64,000 nt of DNA from a virus (Duplodnaviria > Heunggongvirae > Uroviricota > Caudoviricetes), in IMG/VR virus record IMGVR_UViG_3300033150_000619; one strand, given 5' to 3'. Below, in pieces: positions 55,919-64,000 of this stretch. Position 1 is the first letter of the stretch; the number at the start of each line of letters is the position of its first letter. The notes under the pieces are model-generated. The model saw only the letters and a list, made by a program, of their open reading frames with translations. It was not told the DNA's origin and did not search any database. Position numbers and translations under genes: made by a program.

Positions 55919-56378
55919 CTAACTTAGATATATCGAGTTCATCTACATCAATAACATATCTCTTAGTCTTGGGATTCCAGGTTCTATACCAAAGATGCAG
56001 ATCCCATGTCCTGTTTGAATAGGGTAGGTCTACTACCCCTTTGGCATCATGTATCACAGACCAGATATCACTGTAGACTTTACCCAGAGGCAATATTATG
56101 TCTATACCACTGCCATCATATACAGCTCTGTGACTTAGATCTAAGTCCCTTAGTTGCTTGATATAATCTATACAATCTTCAGGTTGTCCTCTGATATAGA
56201 GACAGTCTATGTACGCACTTTGTACTACAGGCTTCCTATTACGGAATCTATCGAAGGCATATACAGATATCCACACGGGTTTCCTTCCGTTGTATGACCT
56301 TACATATTCAATTAGACTTGCTCTGCCTAAGAGAACCCTTGGATTCCCATCTGGTCCAGTCCATCGGGGAAACAGCAT
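55854..56378 (-). CDS. Possible degenerate AEP (PriS-like) primase-fold protein
   Basis: FPR...Y....NG....ISVY.F...A.ID and TWNPKT.RY.I resemble viral PriS-like proteins, but the DxD and SGxG.H motifs are absent. Confidence 0.4.
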   Translation of the reverse strand: MLFPRWTGPDGNPRVLLGRASLIEYVRSYNGRKPVWISVYAFDRFRNRKPVVQSAYIDCLYIRGQPEDCIDYIKQLRDLDLSHRAVYDGSGIDIILPLGKVYSDIWSVIHDAKGVVDLPYSNRTWDLHLWYRTWNPKTKRYVIDVDELDISKLDDLSKKPIKGKRRGSKFIDQS

Positions 56379-56624
56379 TTACATTAATACCTCCTCTCTC
56401 TAACTAATGCCTTTAGTTTCTCAGACAGCCTATATAACCTTAAGTTATGCATATACTCTATCTCACTTACCTTAACAGAGTTTTCTCTACAGTAGCGCAC
56501 TAAGAAGGACAATCCCCGTTTACTAATTGGTAAGTAGTCCATACGCATGTTTAACAACCATAACCGTATTGCCTACTACTGTTTTCTTTATACGCCATAC
56601 CAATCCTCCATAGAGTCTCCTTCC

Positions 56625-59600
56625 TTAATGCTTATGGTTGCCCCCAAAGAAATGAGTTAGTTTCCCCTCGTCTGGAATAGAAAAAGGTTCTATTGGTATC
56701 TTATAAGACTCATTGACTAACGATAGGAATCTATCTATGGTTGGTTGTAGCTGTCTCTTCACTATTACTTCCCTGTCTGGTTCGAATCCACTTGGAATCT
56801 TAGTATCCTTAGTAAAGGCTATCACATCAGTTTCTGGATAAGAATCCGGTGAAATTACATATGCCCACATAGGCTTGTCTCCTCTCCTATATCTTGTCCC
56901 TAAGTTCTCATTAGAGTATATACTGGCTCTTACATGTGCCACGGGTGTCTTGTATTCCTTTAGACTCTTCTTAAGTTGTTTAGGTGATCCTACCTCATAT
57001 ATAGAGAGCTCCTTATTCATCAATCTCTTCTTAAGGTTCTTCAGGTAGTCTCTCCTATATTTGGAGTCCTTGCCATCTACCAGGCTCTTACCTAAGACAT
57101 TGTACATATCCATGACGATATCACTGACATCTGTCCTAACCGCAGCTGATCCTTTCCACATATAGGTTGTTCTATACTGTCCCTTACTCCATATCACCTT
57201 ACCGAGATAATTCTTCTTACTCCATATGGCTAGTGCTGCAAATACTGTCTCCATATCCATTTTGATACTGTTGTCAGTAATGGTGGGGTAGTCCTTCTCT
57301 ATCATTTCTGCAATAGCCTTGTTGATTTCATCAGCAATGTGTAATCCTTCTTTAACTAAGTCTCCTTCGAAATCTTCTCCTAGAGCAACGAAGATCGAGT
57401 CTGTATTATGTAATAGTACATTACCTATCCCTCCACTGAAATGATGAGAGTGAGTCTCTATATCATAAACATAGTCATGCGTAGTAAACACCCTTATCCT
57501 TGTTATTTCATCTGGAGGAGTCTTACCATGTTCTACATATCTAATACGTAGCACATCTGGTTTATCATCCCTTATACTCAATGTATACTCTTGTCCTATA
57601 TCATTGAGAATATGAGTTATACCAGCTATGAGGCACTTATCTGTTAAGCATATGCTGGTCTCTGTCTTACTATTGTAACCGTCACCAATCCATAATCCTT
57701 CCAGTAGCTCTCTCTTCTTATTTGAGTTTAATACAAAGGATGGTATCAACTTATGATTCTCCTTACTATGACACCAGTGTTGGAATAGTAGTGTTAACTC
57801 CTTACTGTTGGACACAGGTACTAATCTCTTCATACCCACAGGGCAGTTGGTATCAATTATCTTAGTATCAAAGCCTAGCTTACTCTTCAGTATCTCCTGA
57901 GCCCTGAGTAGAGCATCTATATGTTTAGACTGTGCAATATACCAGCTGTATTTGATACCATGCTTACCGTGATGAACAGAACTGGAACCATCTGCTAGAT
58001 AGAATCCTATCAACCACGCTATATCACCATCTATGGCATGATTGCCTAAGCTTCGGTATTCTACTATGTCTATCCTATCTCCCACTGATAGGCTACTAGG
58101 CTTTACTTCTTTGCCACCTATCATAAGAGAATGATCTTCTGTACATTCTACGTATCCACGTCCTGTTAATATCCCGTAGACATTCTTATTGACCCTATGC
58201 TTGAATACATGTTTAGCCTTAGTCCATCCATTCTCATCAAGTACTTCAATGTCATCAATAGAATAGTGAGTTCTAGTATTGGTATTTGATGCAGAGCTAA
58301 AGTCCTCTATAGGTACATAACTCATGATACCATTCTTCCTACTCAGTATAGGAGTATCTCTCATTACACTATCTCCGTAGATAACATCATACCCCATATC
58401 ACGGGCTTTATCTATTGCAAACTTCAGTAGGTTCCTAGCCATATTAGTACATGCTTCACCCACGCCAGGTTTGAATAACCTAAATCCTGGTCTTCCCATG
58501 ACACCGTATGCAGACTGTCCGGTCCAATGATAGACATTATTTCTACCAGCCATTATCGTATGATTATCTCGTGCAGTGATACAATACACATAACCATCTT
58601 CAGACTTGGTTCTATAGTAATGACCCTTCTTTATACAGGGATTAACTCCTCTGTGCTTCTTTATAGATACAGTGTAGCAGTCATCAGGTCTACTATAAGT
58701 AGCATTATATCCACACTTCAACGCTACAAAGGTAAGAGATTCTGCTAACTCTATAGATGCAGTCCTATACTCGTATTCATTAGCTCTACCATTACTTAGC
58801 ATTAAGGTATCTACGAAAGGAGTTAGATAACTTTCATCTAGGGAAGAAACAATACTACCTATTTTCTTAGTCCTAGAATCCCTACCGAAGTTATCAACTA
58901 GGAAATTGTAGAGAAGAGTGTTGCAGAAGGAGAAGCCCTTCCTGTTATCAAAATAGTAAGGGATATTCATTCTCTTTAACAGAGACTCTATACTACGTTG
59001 ACTCTCCTTGTCTACTTGGGTAATAGTAATCCTGTGAGTGACACCTCGTACATTGCCGTTGTCGTGTTCCTTCCTCTTACTAACGTAAGCACTTCCTTTA
59101 GCAATGTACCATGCTATTAGTTCTAACATATCATTAATGTCAAAATATCTAGGGAACCATTTAGATTGTCTTATGTCTTCCTTGAAGGCGTTGCCCTCTA
59201 TCTTTAGATTTATACTCCGGGTGTTATACTTCGTTAAATCTATGATGTCCTCTATCTTTAGACCGGGGAACTTAACTTTAGGGGCTAAGTGTACTCTACT
59301 ATAGCCCATTATATCCTGAACCTTCATATGGTCATAAGATATATTGTTTCTATTCCTGCCGTTAATCTTCCCATCTCTTAATTGTACAAGGAAGTTATGG
59401 TTGGGGGTGACTACAAAGTCTAGATTCTCTTGTTTGATTCCTATAAGCTCATCTTCATACAGATATCTATGGAGATGCGTAACTGGTTTAGTCTCAACCT
59501 CCATAGTATCCTTATTTAGGGTATAGACCATATCACCTACTTTCATATCTTTAATATTTATGAAACCGGTTGGTGTCATTACGTAGTGATCGCCGGTAAA

Positions 59601-61298
59601 GCAGTTGACTACTGACTTAAAGGCAGCATCCTGTTTAGTGTAGATATCTATTTCAGACTGTGTCTTTGCTTCCCTGATAAGCCTCTTAGTCTCAGCCCTA
59701 CGCTTCATTAACTCCTTTAGGATTTCTACTATGATAGATCTCTTAGTAGAATCTATGTAATATTTAACCTCCCTCTGTTTAACAACAGTCTTAGGATTCC
59801 CGTTTTTAGTGTACTCGTAGACGGGGAGGTTGTTTACATATCGTATGTTACCATCCTTGTCTCTCTCATAGACGTAATCCTTGGTGTTATGTATGCCTTG
59901 GATTATTATATCCGATTGAGACTCTGCTATAGCTGTAAGCATATGAGAGCTACACGCTTCTGCCTGATCTATTACGTCTACTAAACTCTCTTGTCCTATG
60001 TTGAACGTAATGAAGATATTGGGATACAGAGAATCAAAGTCTATGACTAAGACATTATGATATACACCAGGTATCGGTTCCTCGACATAAGCTCCGACAA
60101 ATCCGGAGCCCTCACTACTGCCATGTGTCTTAGTTGGCAGTATATACTTACCCTCAAGGAGTCTCATGATATATACGTCAAAGACTGTGGTCTTATAGAG
60201 AATATCATCATATGTAACTCCTATCAGCTTTCTTATCTCATCTAGGTATGTTACGAGGTCCTGCTCTAATTCTATCTCCAGGACGCAGTCTAAGTCTCTC
60301 TTATTATATCTCAGTATCTTAAACTTGTCAGTTGCCCATACTTCATTGTAAGAGCCCTCTAACTCCATCTTACCTTTTCCGTGACCAAGAATTCTATTAA
60401 CATAATCTAAGCTATGACGCCTGAGTTCCTTTCCCATGAGGAACCTTGACACTTCGTAGATATCTATAATATCTCTGCCTTGGATCTTGAATTTGTCTTT
60501 CCTACCAACACTGAGAACCCCTAGTGGGGACATACGACCTGGATCTAGATCCATATGTCTACATCTCCACATAATCTTCTGCAGGTCGTAGTCCTTAATG
60601 TTGAATCCCATTATAATATCTGGGTCCTTATCTTCCATTAGAGACAGGAAGTACTCCAGCATGTATCTCTCGCTTTTGAATGGGATATACGTAGCATTCT
60701 TCTCTTTGGTGACTACGTCTTCACCAACATACAGTATACTGTACTTTTTGTCATAGGAGTCGTAGATACCAATGCATATGATAGGTTCATAGCTACTAAC
60801 CTCAATCTTCTGCTCCTCGCTTAGGACTAAAGCCTCAATGTCTATTATCCAATACCTGGGCTTAACATAGAAATCATCAATTGGCTTTAGTACATTATTA
60901 TCATACTCTACTGCAAACTTGATACCAGAGTCTATCAAGTATCTATTAACGTAGGGAATGTCTGCTTCCCATGTCTTAATGCCGTTATTGTGTAATAGAT
61001 TCCTGATTGGAGGACAGTCGCCCGGTTGAATGATATGGATTCGTGCTAGCGGCTCTCCAGTTAAGTAATCTTTCTCCTCTCCAATGCTAAACCCCTTGAT
61101 ACGAGTAAGGAGCCTATTCCCAATAACAGACTCTATCCCCTTAAGGTCCCTTTGTCTAATATAGAAGTAGGGCTCCGCCTTGAATGAGTAATGCTCTCTC
61201 CTCTTATCTTCAGACCTTACGTATAAATGAACATATGAGTCAGTCTTTCCTACGTTCTTGTAGGATATTGATGTCAATACACCCTTCATTTCTCTCAC
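56625..61298 (-). CDS. polB: Family B DNA polymerase with two inteins
   Basis: Exo DIE, FN...YD, YN..D; Pol DFDSLYPN, K...N|SAYG, YGD|TDS, K.Y. Extein approx. 872 aa. Confidence 0.96.
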   Translation of the reverse strand: MREMKGVLTSISYKNVGKTDSYVHLYVRSEDKRREHYSFKAEPYFYIRQRDLKGIESVIGNRLLTRIKGFSIGEEKDYLTGEPLARIHIIQPGDCPPIRNLLHNNGIKTWEADIPYVNRYLIDSGIKFAVEYDNNVLKPIDDFYVKPRYWIIDIEALVLSEEQKIEVSSYEPIICIGIYDSYDKKYSILYVGEDVVTKEKNATYIPFKSERYMLEYFLSLMEDKDPDIIMGFNIKDYDLQKIMWRCRHMDLDPGRMSPLGVLSVGRKDKFKIQGRDIIDIYEVSRFLMGKELRRHSLDYVNRILGHGKGKMELEGSYNEVWATDKFKILRYNKRDLDCVLEIELEQDLVTYLDEIRKLIGVTYDDILYKTTVFDVYIMRLLEGKYILPTKTHGSSEGSGFVGAYVEEPIPGVYHNVLVIDFDSLYPNIFITFNIGQESLVDVIDQAEACSSHMLTAIAESQSDIIIQGIHNTKDYVYERDKDGNIRYVNNLPVYEYTKNGNPKTVVKQREVKYYIDSTKRSIIVEILKELMKRRAETKRLIREAKTQSEIDIYTKQDAAFKSVVNCFTGDHYVMTPTGFINIKDMKVGDMVYTLNKDTMEVETKPVTHLHRYLYEDELIGIKQENLDFVVTPNHNFLVQLRDGKINGRNRNNISYDHMKVQDIMGYSRVHLAPKVKFPGLKIEDIIDLTKYNTRSINLKIEGNAFKEDIRQSKWFPRYFDINDMLELIAWYIAKGSAYVSKRKEHDNGNVRGVTHRITITQVDKESQRSIESLLKRMNIPYYFDNRKGFSFCNTLLYNFLVDNFGRDSRTKKIGSIVSSLDESYLTPFVDTLMLSNGRANEYEYRTASIELAESLTFVALKCGYNATYSRPDDCYTVSIKKHRGVNPCIKKGHYYRTKSEDGYVYCITARDNHTIMAGRNNVYHWTGQSAYGVMGRPGFRLFKPGVGEACTNMARNLLKFAIDKARDMGYDVIYGDSVMRDTPILSRKNGIMSYVPIEDFSSASNTNTRTHYSIDDIEVLDENGWTKAKHVFKHRVNKNVYGILTGRGYVECTEDHSLMIGGKEVKPSSLSVGDRIDIVEYRSLGNHAIDGDIAWLIGFYLADGSSSVHHGKHGIKYSWYIAQSKHIDALLRAQEILKSKLGFDTKIIDTNCPVGMKRLVPVSNSKELTLLFQHWCHSKENHKLIPSFVLNSNKKRELLEGLWIGDGYNSKTETSICLTDKCLIAGITHILNDIGQEYTLSIRDDKPDVLRIRYVEHGKTPPDEITRIRVFTTHDYVYDIETHSHHFSGGIGNVLLHNTDSIFVALGEDFEGDLVKEGLHIADEINKAIAEMIEKDYPTITDNSIKMDMETVFAALAIWSKKNYLGKVIWSKGQYRTTYMWKGSAAVRTDVSDIVMDMYNVLGKSLVDGKDSKYRRDYLKNLKKRLMNKELSIYEVGSPKQLKKSLKEYKTPVAHVRASIYSNENLGTRYRRGDKPMWAYVISPDSYPETDVIAFTKDTKIPSGFEPDREVIVKRQLQPTIDRFLSLVNESYKIPIEPFSIPDEGKLTHFFGGNHKH
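57405..58370 (-). mobile_element. PolB intein at YGD|TDS (322 aa), LAGLIDADG motifs intact
   Basis: Starts SVMRDTP, CTEDHS, YLADG and WIGDG, ends LLHN followed by Thr. Confidence 0.92.
58515..59603 (-). mobile_element. PolB intein at KxxxN|SxYG (363 aa) ending in Gln; both LAGLIDADG acidic residues substituted
   Basis: Starts CFTGDH, VTPNHN, ends WTGQ followed by Ser. YIAKG (AAA 59097-59099) and MLSNG (AAT 58791-58793). Confidence 0.9.
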
Positions 61299-61346
61299 TT
61301 GGGGTACTGAGTAGTCTTAATGATTAAAAAACAATAGGGTAAGAAG

Positions 61347-62192
61347 TTACAGAGATAGCTGCTTCTTCGTATCCTCGAGAGTATCTTCCATTAGGTCATT
61401 GATTCTCTCTTGGATTGTTTTCCCCTGCAGTTTAGCAAGTTTGAAGTGGGGAATGTATCTTCGCTCAGGTACTGAGACGCTGAACACGATATACTCCTGC
61501 TTAGCAGCTTCCTCTATAATCTTGTCTATGATAGGAACTACGTCTCTACCTAACTTTGCCTGATCCGCTATTTGCTTAAGGGACTGTTGAGCAATACGCT
61601 TACCGCTTGGGTGACGCTGTTGTGCTAACTCTACCATTTTCTTACCGACAGTAACTTGCTTCTCTTTTGGCACGTTCTGTACAGCTTGATTGATGTGGCT
61701 GATACTATACATCGGTAATGTAGCTATATCTTCTTCAATATCTTCGCGTAACTCTTCCGGTAATCTATAGAATGATAGATGTTGATGGATTGTGCTAATG
61801 TTCATCCCAGTGACTCTGGATATCTCAGCTGGAGTTAATCCTTCCTCATCTCTGAGTTTCTTAATAGCTATCCTCAACTCACTGTCATCTAAGTCTGCTC
61901 TGGCAAAGTTCTCAGTTAAGGAGGCTATCATCTGCTCCCTTGGAGACATAGAACCTATCTCGACTACATAGATCTCTTTGATGCCTTCGGCTTTACAAGC
62001 CTCTACCCTTCCCCATCCGGCAAAGACTTTCCCTTCTGGAGTAACCTTGGGAAGTTCAAGTAGCCCCATAGACCTAATAGACTTACGCAGTACATCCATC
62101 TTCTCTTCAGGATATTCGAACCTGACATTAGTTGGAGCCTTGGTAAGCTCATCTACTTTCTTCTTGACTACTTTGGGCTTAGGCAGACTCAT
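61347..62192 (-). CDS. ParB/Srx-like protein with HTH
   Basis: L..SI...GLL..P.V......AG.GR..A, ENF.R.DL, HTH (LTPAEISRVTG.....I). Confidence 0.8.
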   Translation of the reverse strand: MSLPKPKVVKKKVDELTKAPTNVRFEYPEEKMDVLRKSIRSMGLLELPKVTPEGKVFAGWGRVEACKAEGIKEIYVVEIGSMSPREQMIASLTENFARADLDDSELRIAIKKLRDEEGLTPAEISRVTGMNISTIHQHLSFYRLPEELREDIEEDIATLPMYSISHINQAVQNVPKEKQVTVGKKMVELAQQRHPSGKRIAQQSLKQIADQAKLGRDVVPIIDKIIEEAAKQEYIVFSVSVPERRYIPHFKLAKLQGKTIQERINDLMEDTLEDTKKQLSL

Positions 62193-63274
62193 TCCTTATC
62201 ACTCTCAAAGTCTATGTCGAAGTCCTCATCTACCCAACCAACATCCTCTATGATTTCTTCTTCATCTGTTATCAGATCAAGATCACCATACCCAATCTGA
62301 CCGGGTATAGCCCAAATACCATAGACTGATAATGCCGGTTTCTGTTTGTATTGTCTCGCCCTGCCGGTCATGATAACCTTCGTATCTTCACCAAAATCCA
62401 TCTTTACGTGAGCTGGGACGAAGCAAGGTATGGTTTCTTCTATGTCTAGGCTAAGGTCTGCAACACCCATTACTCTATCCCCTCTATCATTTAGAGGGTT
62501 AGGATTGATGTTGATTATATCAACCTTGACACGTACATCTCTTTCATCCCAATCACTGGAGTTCATCCTCGTTTCCAATTCGGAGCAAGGTATGATACTA
62601 TTGGACTTCTCATACTCATCTTCCAGGTCCCAATCAGTTTGGATAGGGAAGAACTTAGTGTTCTCATTCCCATACAACTGCCCTTCCTTCTTACCAGTTC
62701 CAGCTCTAAACTCACATGACTTACCGGTTTTAATCCGTAGTTTGTAAGCTGCATCCTCAAAGAATGTCATCTGGAAAGGTTTGAATACACCTGTTTCTCC
62801 TTTAAGCCTATACATACCATAAATGGTTCTGATATAGGCTGGATCAGCATGAGCCAGAGGCTTCCCAAAGTTAGGGTTGTCTCTACGCCCAAATATATTA
62901 GGTCTATCATCTATTGGTGTGCCGTTTTCATCGATTAGTCCCTCGAACATCAGAGATTGTCTACCTTCGGTTCTAAGGCGATACTGTATTCTCCTCAATT
63001 TCTCTTGGACATTATCTCTAAGAGGTGTTGCACCATCTATCCATCCCTCATACATTTGAGCACTGGATCTACGGAAGTCACCATGCTTCCTCCGGTACGA
63101 ATTAACCAGAAGATCAAGTGCTTTCTTATTCTTGTCCTTGACTGTCGGGTATTGTTCTTCAGCCACCTCCAAGAATAGATTAAATTCCTCTATAAGGTCT
63201 TCTGTAGATTTACCTAACTTTGGTCCATACTTCTCAAGACGATCTACTATTTGTTTTGGTATATTATCAGACAT
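62189..63274 (-). CDS. Probable OB-fold single-stranded DNA-binding/replication protein
   Basis: Beta-rich repeats (V..ADLS..., DFGEDTKVI.TG) and a strongly acidic C-terminal tail. Located next to polB and the parB-like gene. Confidence 0.55.
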   Translation of the reverse strand: MSDNIPKQIVDRLEKYGPKLGKSTEDLIEEFNLFLEVAEEQYPTVKDKNKKALDLLVNSYRRKHGDFRRSSAQMYEGWIDGATPLRDNVQEKLRRIQYRLRTEGRQSLMFEGLIDENGTPIDDRPNIFGRRDNPNFGKPLAHADPAYIRTIYGMYRLKGETGVFKPFQMTFFEDAAYKLRIKTGKSCEFRAGTGKKEGQLYGNENTKFFPIQTDWDLEDEYEKSNSIIPCSELETRMNSSDWDERDVRVKVDIININPNPLNDRGDRVMGVADLSLDIEETIPCFVPAHVKMDFGEDTKVIMTGRARQYKQKPALSVYGIWAIPGQIGYGDLDLITDEEEIIEDVGWVDEDFDIDFESDKE

Positions 63275-63322
63275 TTCGTGTACCTCATTATACTATTGTG
63301 GTTATATAAACCCTGCTGGACT

Positions 63323-63412
63323 CTAGTTAGTCTTCTTGGGCTTAGCTCTTTCCGCAATAAGTTCCTTCAGCTTAGAAACGTCTAAGTTCACATATTTGGT
63401 ATTCTTATCCAT
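63323..63412 (-). CDS. Possible 29-aa basic peptide
   Basis: MDKNTKYVNLDVSKLKELIAERAKPKKTN, preceded by GAGGT. Confidence 0.4.
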   Translation of the reverse strand: MDKNTKYVNLDVSKLKELIAERAKPKKTN

Positions 63413-63435
63413 TTGGTATTTACCTCATGTATCTC

Positions 63436-64000
63436 TTATGGAGTGTGCGGACGTATATTAACGTTCGGAATGTATTCCTTGGCGACATCCGCTAACATTT
63501 CCATATGTTCTCTCGTAGGTGAAGGTATCACCCTTAACGCTGGGTTAAGTACGACATCATTCCTAAACACCTGTAGAGTATACTCATCTATGTACGGTGC
63601 AGCCCACTCTAGGATATCTCTAATGTGTTGCTCCGTATAGATCAGTTCGGGTACGACGGTTGTTCTCCCCTCTAATATCACGTCAGACCGACCAACCATC
63701 TGTAACGTCTCATTAATCTTTGATACTTGATTATCAGTAGCACCACATACTGATGGGTATAAGCCTGGCTCTACCAAGTATGGGGACTTTGACCAGAACT
63801 TGGGTGGAGCCTTTAGATCAAGTGATACCTTATCTAAGTAAGGTAGTATCTGTTCTACCACATGAGGTCTGGTGCCGTTAGTGTCCATCTTCTGTGGTTT
63901 TAGTGCATCTACATGTACAGATTGTATTAACGGTTTAAGATAGAATATGTTCTGTACAGTAGGCTCTCCGCCTGTGTAAACCACTGCATCAGTAAGTCTA
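63436..64000 (-). CDS. Glycyl-radical activating enzyme (anaerobic RNR activase-like), 5' end outside the window
   Basis: AVVYTGGEPT.Q, K.DTNG..P, SLDLKAP, E.RTTVVP, Y.LQ.FR. Frame is open to 64000. Confidence 0.75.
   Translation of the reverse strand, partial: RLTDAVVYTGGEPTVQNIFYLKPLIQSVHVDALKPQKMDTNGTRPHVVEQILPYLDKVSLDLKAPPKFWSKSPYLVEPGLYPSVCGATDNQVSKINETLQMVGRSDVILEGRTTVVPELIYTEQHIRDILEWAAPYIDEYTLQVFRNDVVLNPALRVIPSPTREHMEMLADVAKEYIPNVNIRPHTP

Larger units (their letters stand above)
1..64000. other. Segment of a head-tail dsDNA virus genome (Caudoviricetes-like), probable archaeal host
   Basis: Full virion morphogenesis set (terminase, portal, protease, HK97-like MCP, neck, tail tube, chaperone, tape measure, tail tip) plus PolB. 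Dense, overlapping gene packing. No cellular housekeeping genes. Archaeal host inferred from the PolB type, TATA-like elements and the intein load. Confidence 0.9.

Noticed and set aside
56380-56620. Gap between polB and the primase-like ORF as an ncRNA
   Set aside because: Contains a plausible approx. 54-codon minus-strand ORF (MRMDYLPISKRG...) and no convincing structure. Too weak to call either way.
4752-63640. Many 60-220 aa ORFs antisense to or nested in long genes (e.g. 10758, 14710, 17375, 25051, 42083, 53591, 62430)
   Set aside because: Shadow ORFs of well-supported genes, with no motifs or leaders.
1-64000. tRNA, rRNA, CRISPR array, integrase/att site, genome termini
   Set aside because: Intergenic gaps are short and none showed a cloverleaf, repeat-spacer pattern or terminal repeat by eye. 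No recombinase ORF. A covariance-model scan was not run.
1-64000. Stop-codon reassignment
   Set aside because: Standard-code ORFs are long and tile the window. TAG, TAA and TGA all end genes at sensible, often overlapping, boundaries.

Overview
The whole window reads as part of one head-tail (Caudoviricetes-like, probably siphovirus-type) virus genome, most likely infecting an anaerobic archaeon. Support: archaeal-type family B polymerase, TATA-like elements plus purine-rich leaders, an AbrB-type regulator, an anaerobic RNR-activase-like radical SAM gene, HK97-type capsid and no tail sheath. I saw no host housekeeping genes, integrase, tRNA, rRNA or CRISPR array. Layout: minus-strand fibre and glycosylation genes (1-16.5 kb); a plus-strand block from prohead protease through capsid, neck, tail, tape measure and tail tip to a radical SAM cassette (16.6-35.8 kb); then a minus-strand block with more glycosylation and structural genes, a membrane-protein/protease cluster, terminase, portal, phosphoesterase, PolB, ParB-like and SSB-like genes (35.8-64 kb). 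Best candidate for a new system: a tail-tip protein carrying about 70 tandem aromatic-x-Asp/Asn triads (W/H/Y-x-D/N, 31676-32437), directly followed by a radical SAM/SPASM enzyme with its own 7x H-x-D tail and a YPxCC partner gene. This suggests RiPP-like (triceptide-type) cross-linking of a virion protein. Second signal: ten inteins (about 10.1 kb, 16% of the window). In six of them the LAGLIDADG catalytic Asp/Glu has been replaced by a single transition (9 of 20 sites). Also present: nine glycosyltransferases, a triple methyltransferase, strong GGCC avoidance and a -1 frameshift in the tail chaperone. All family calls come from motif recognition by eye; no searches were run.
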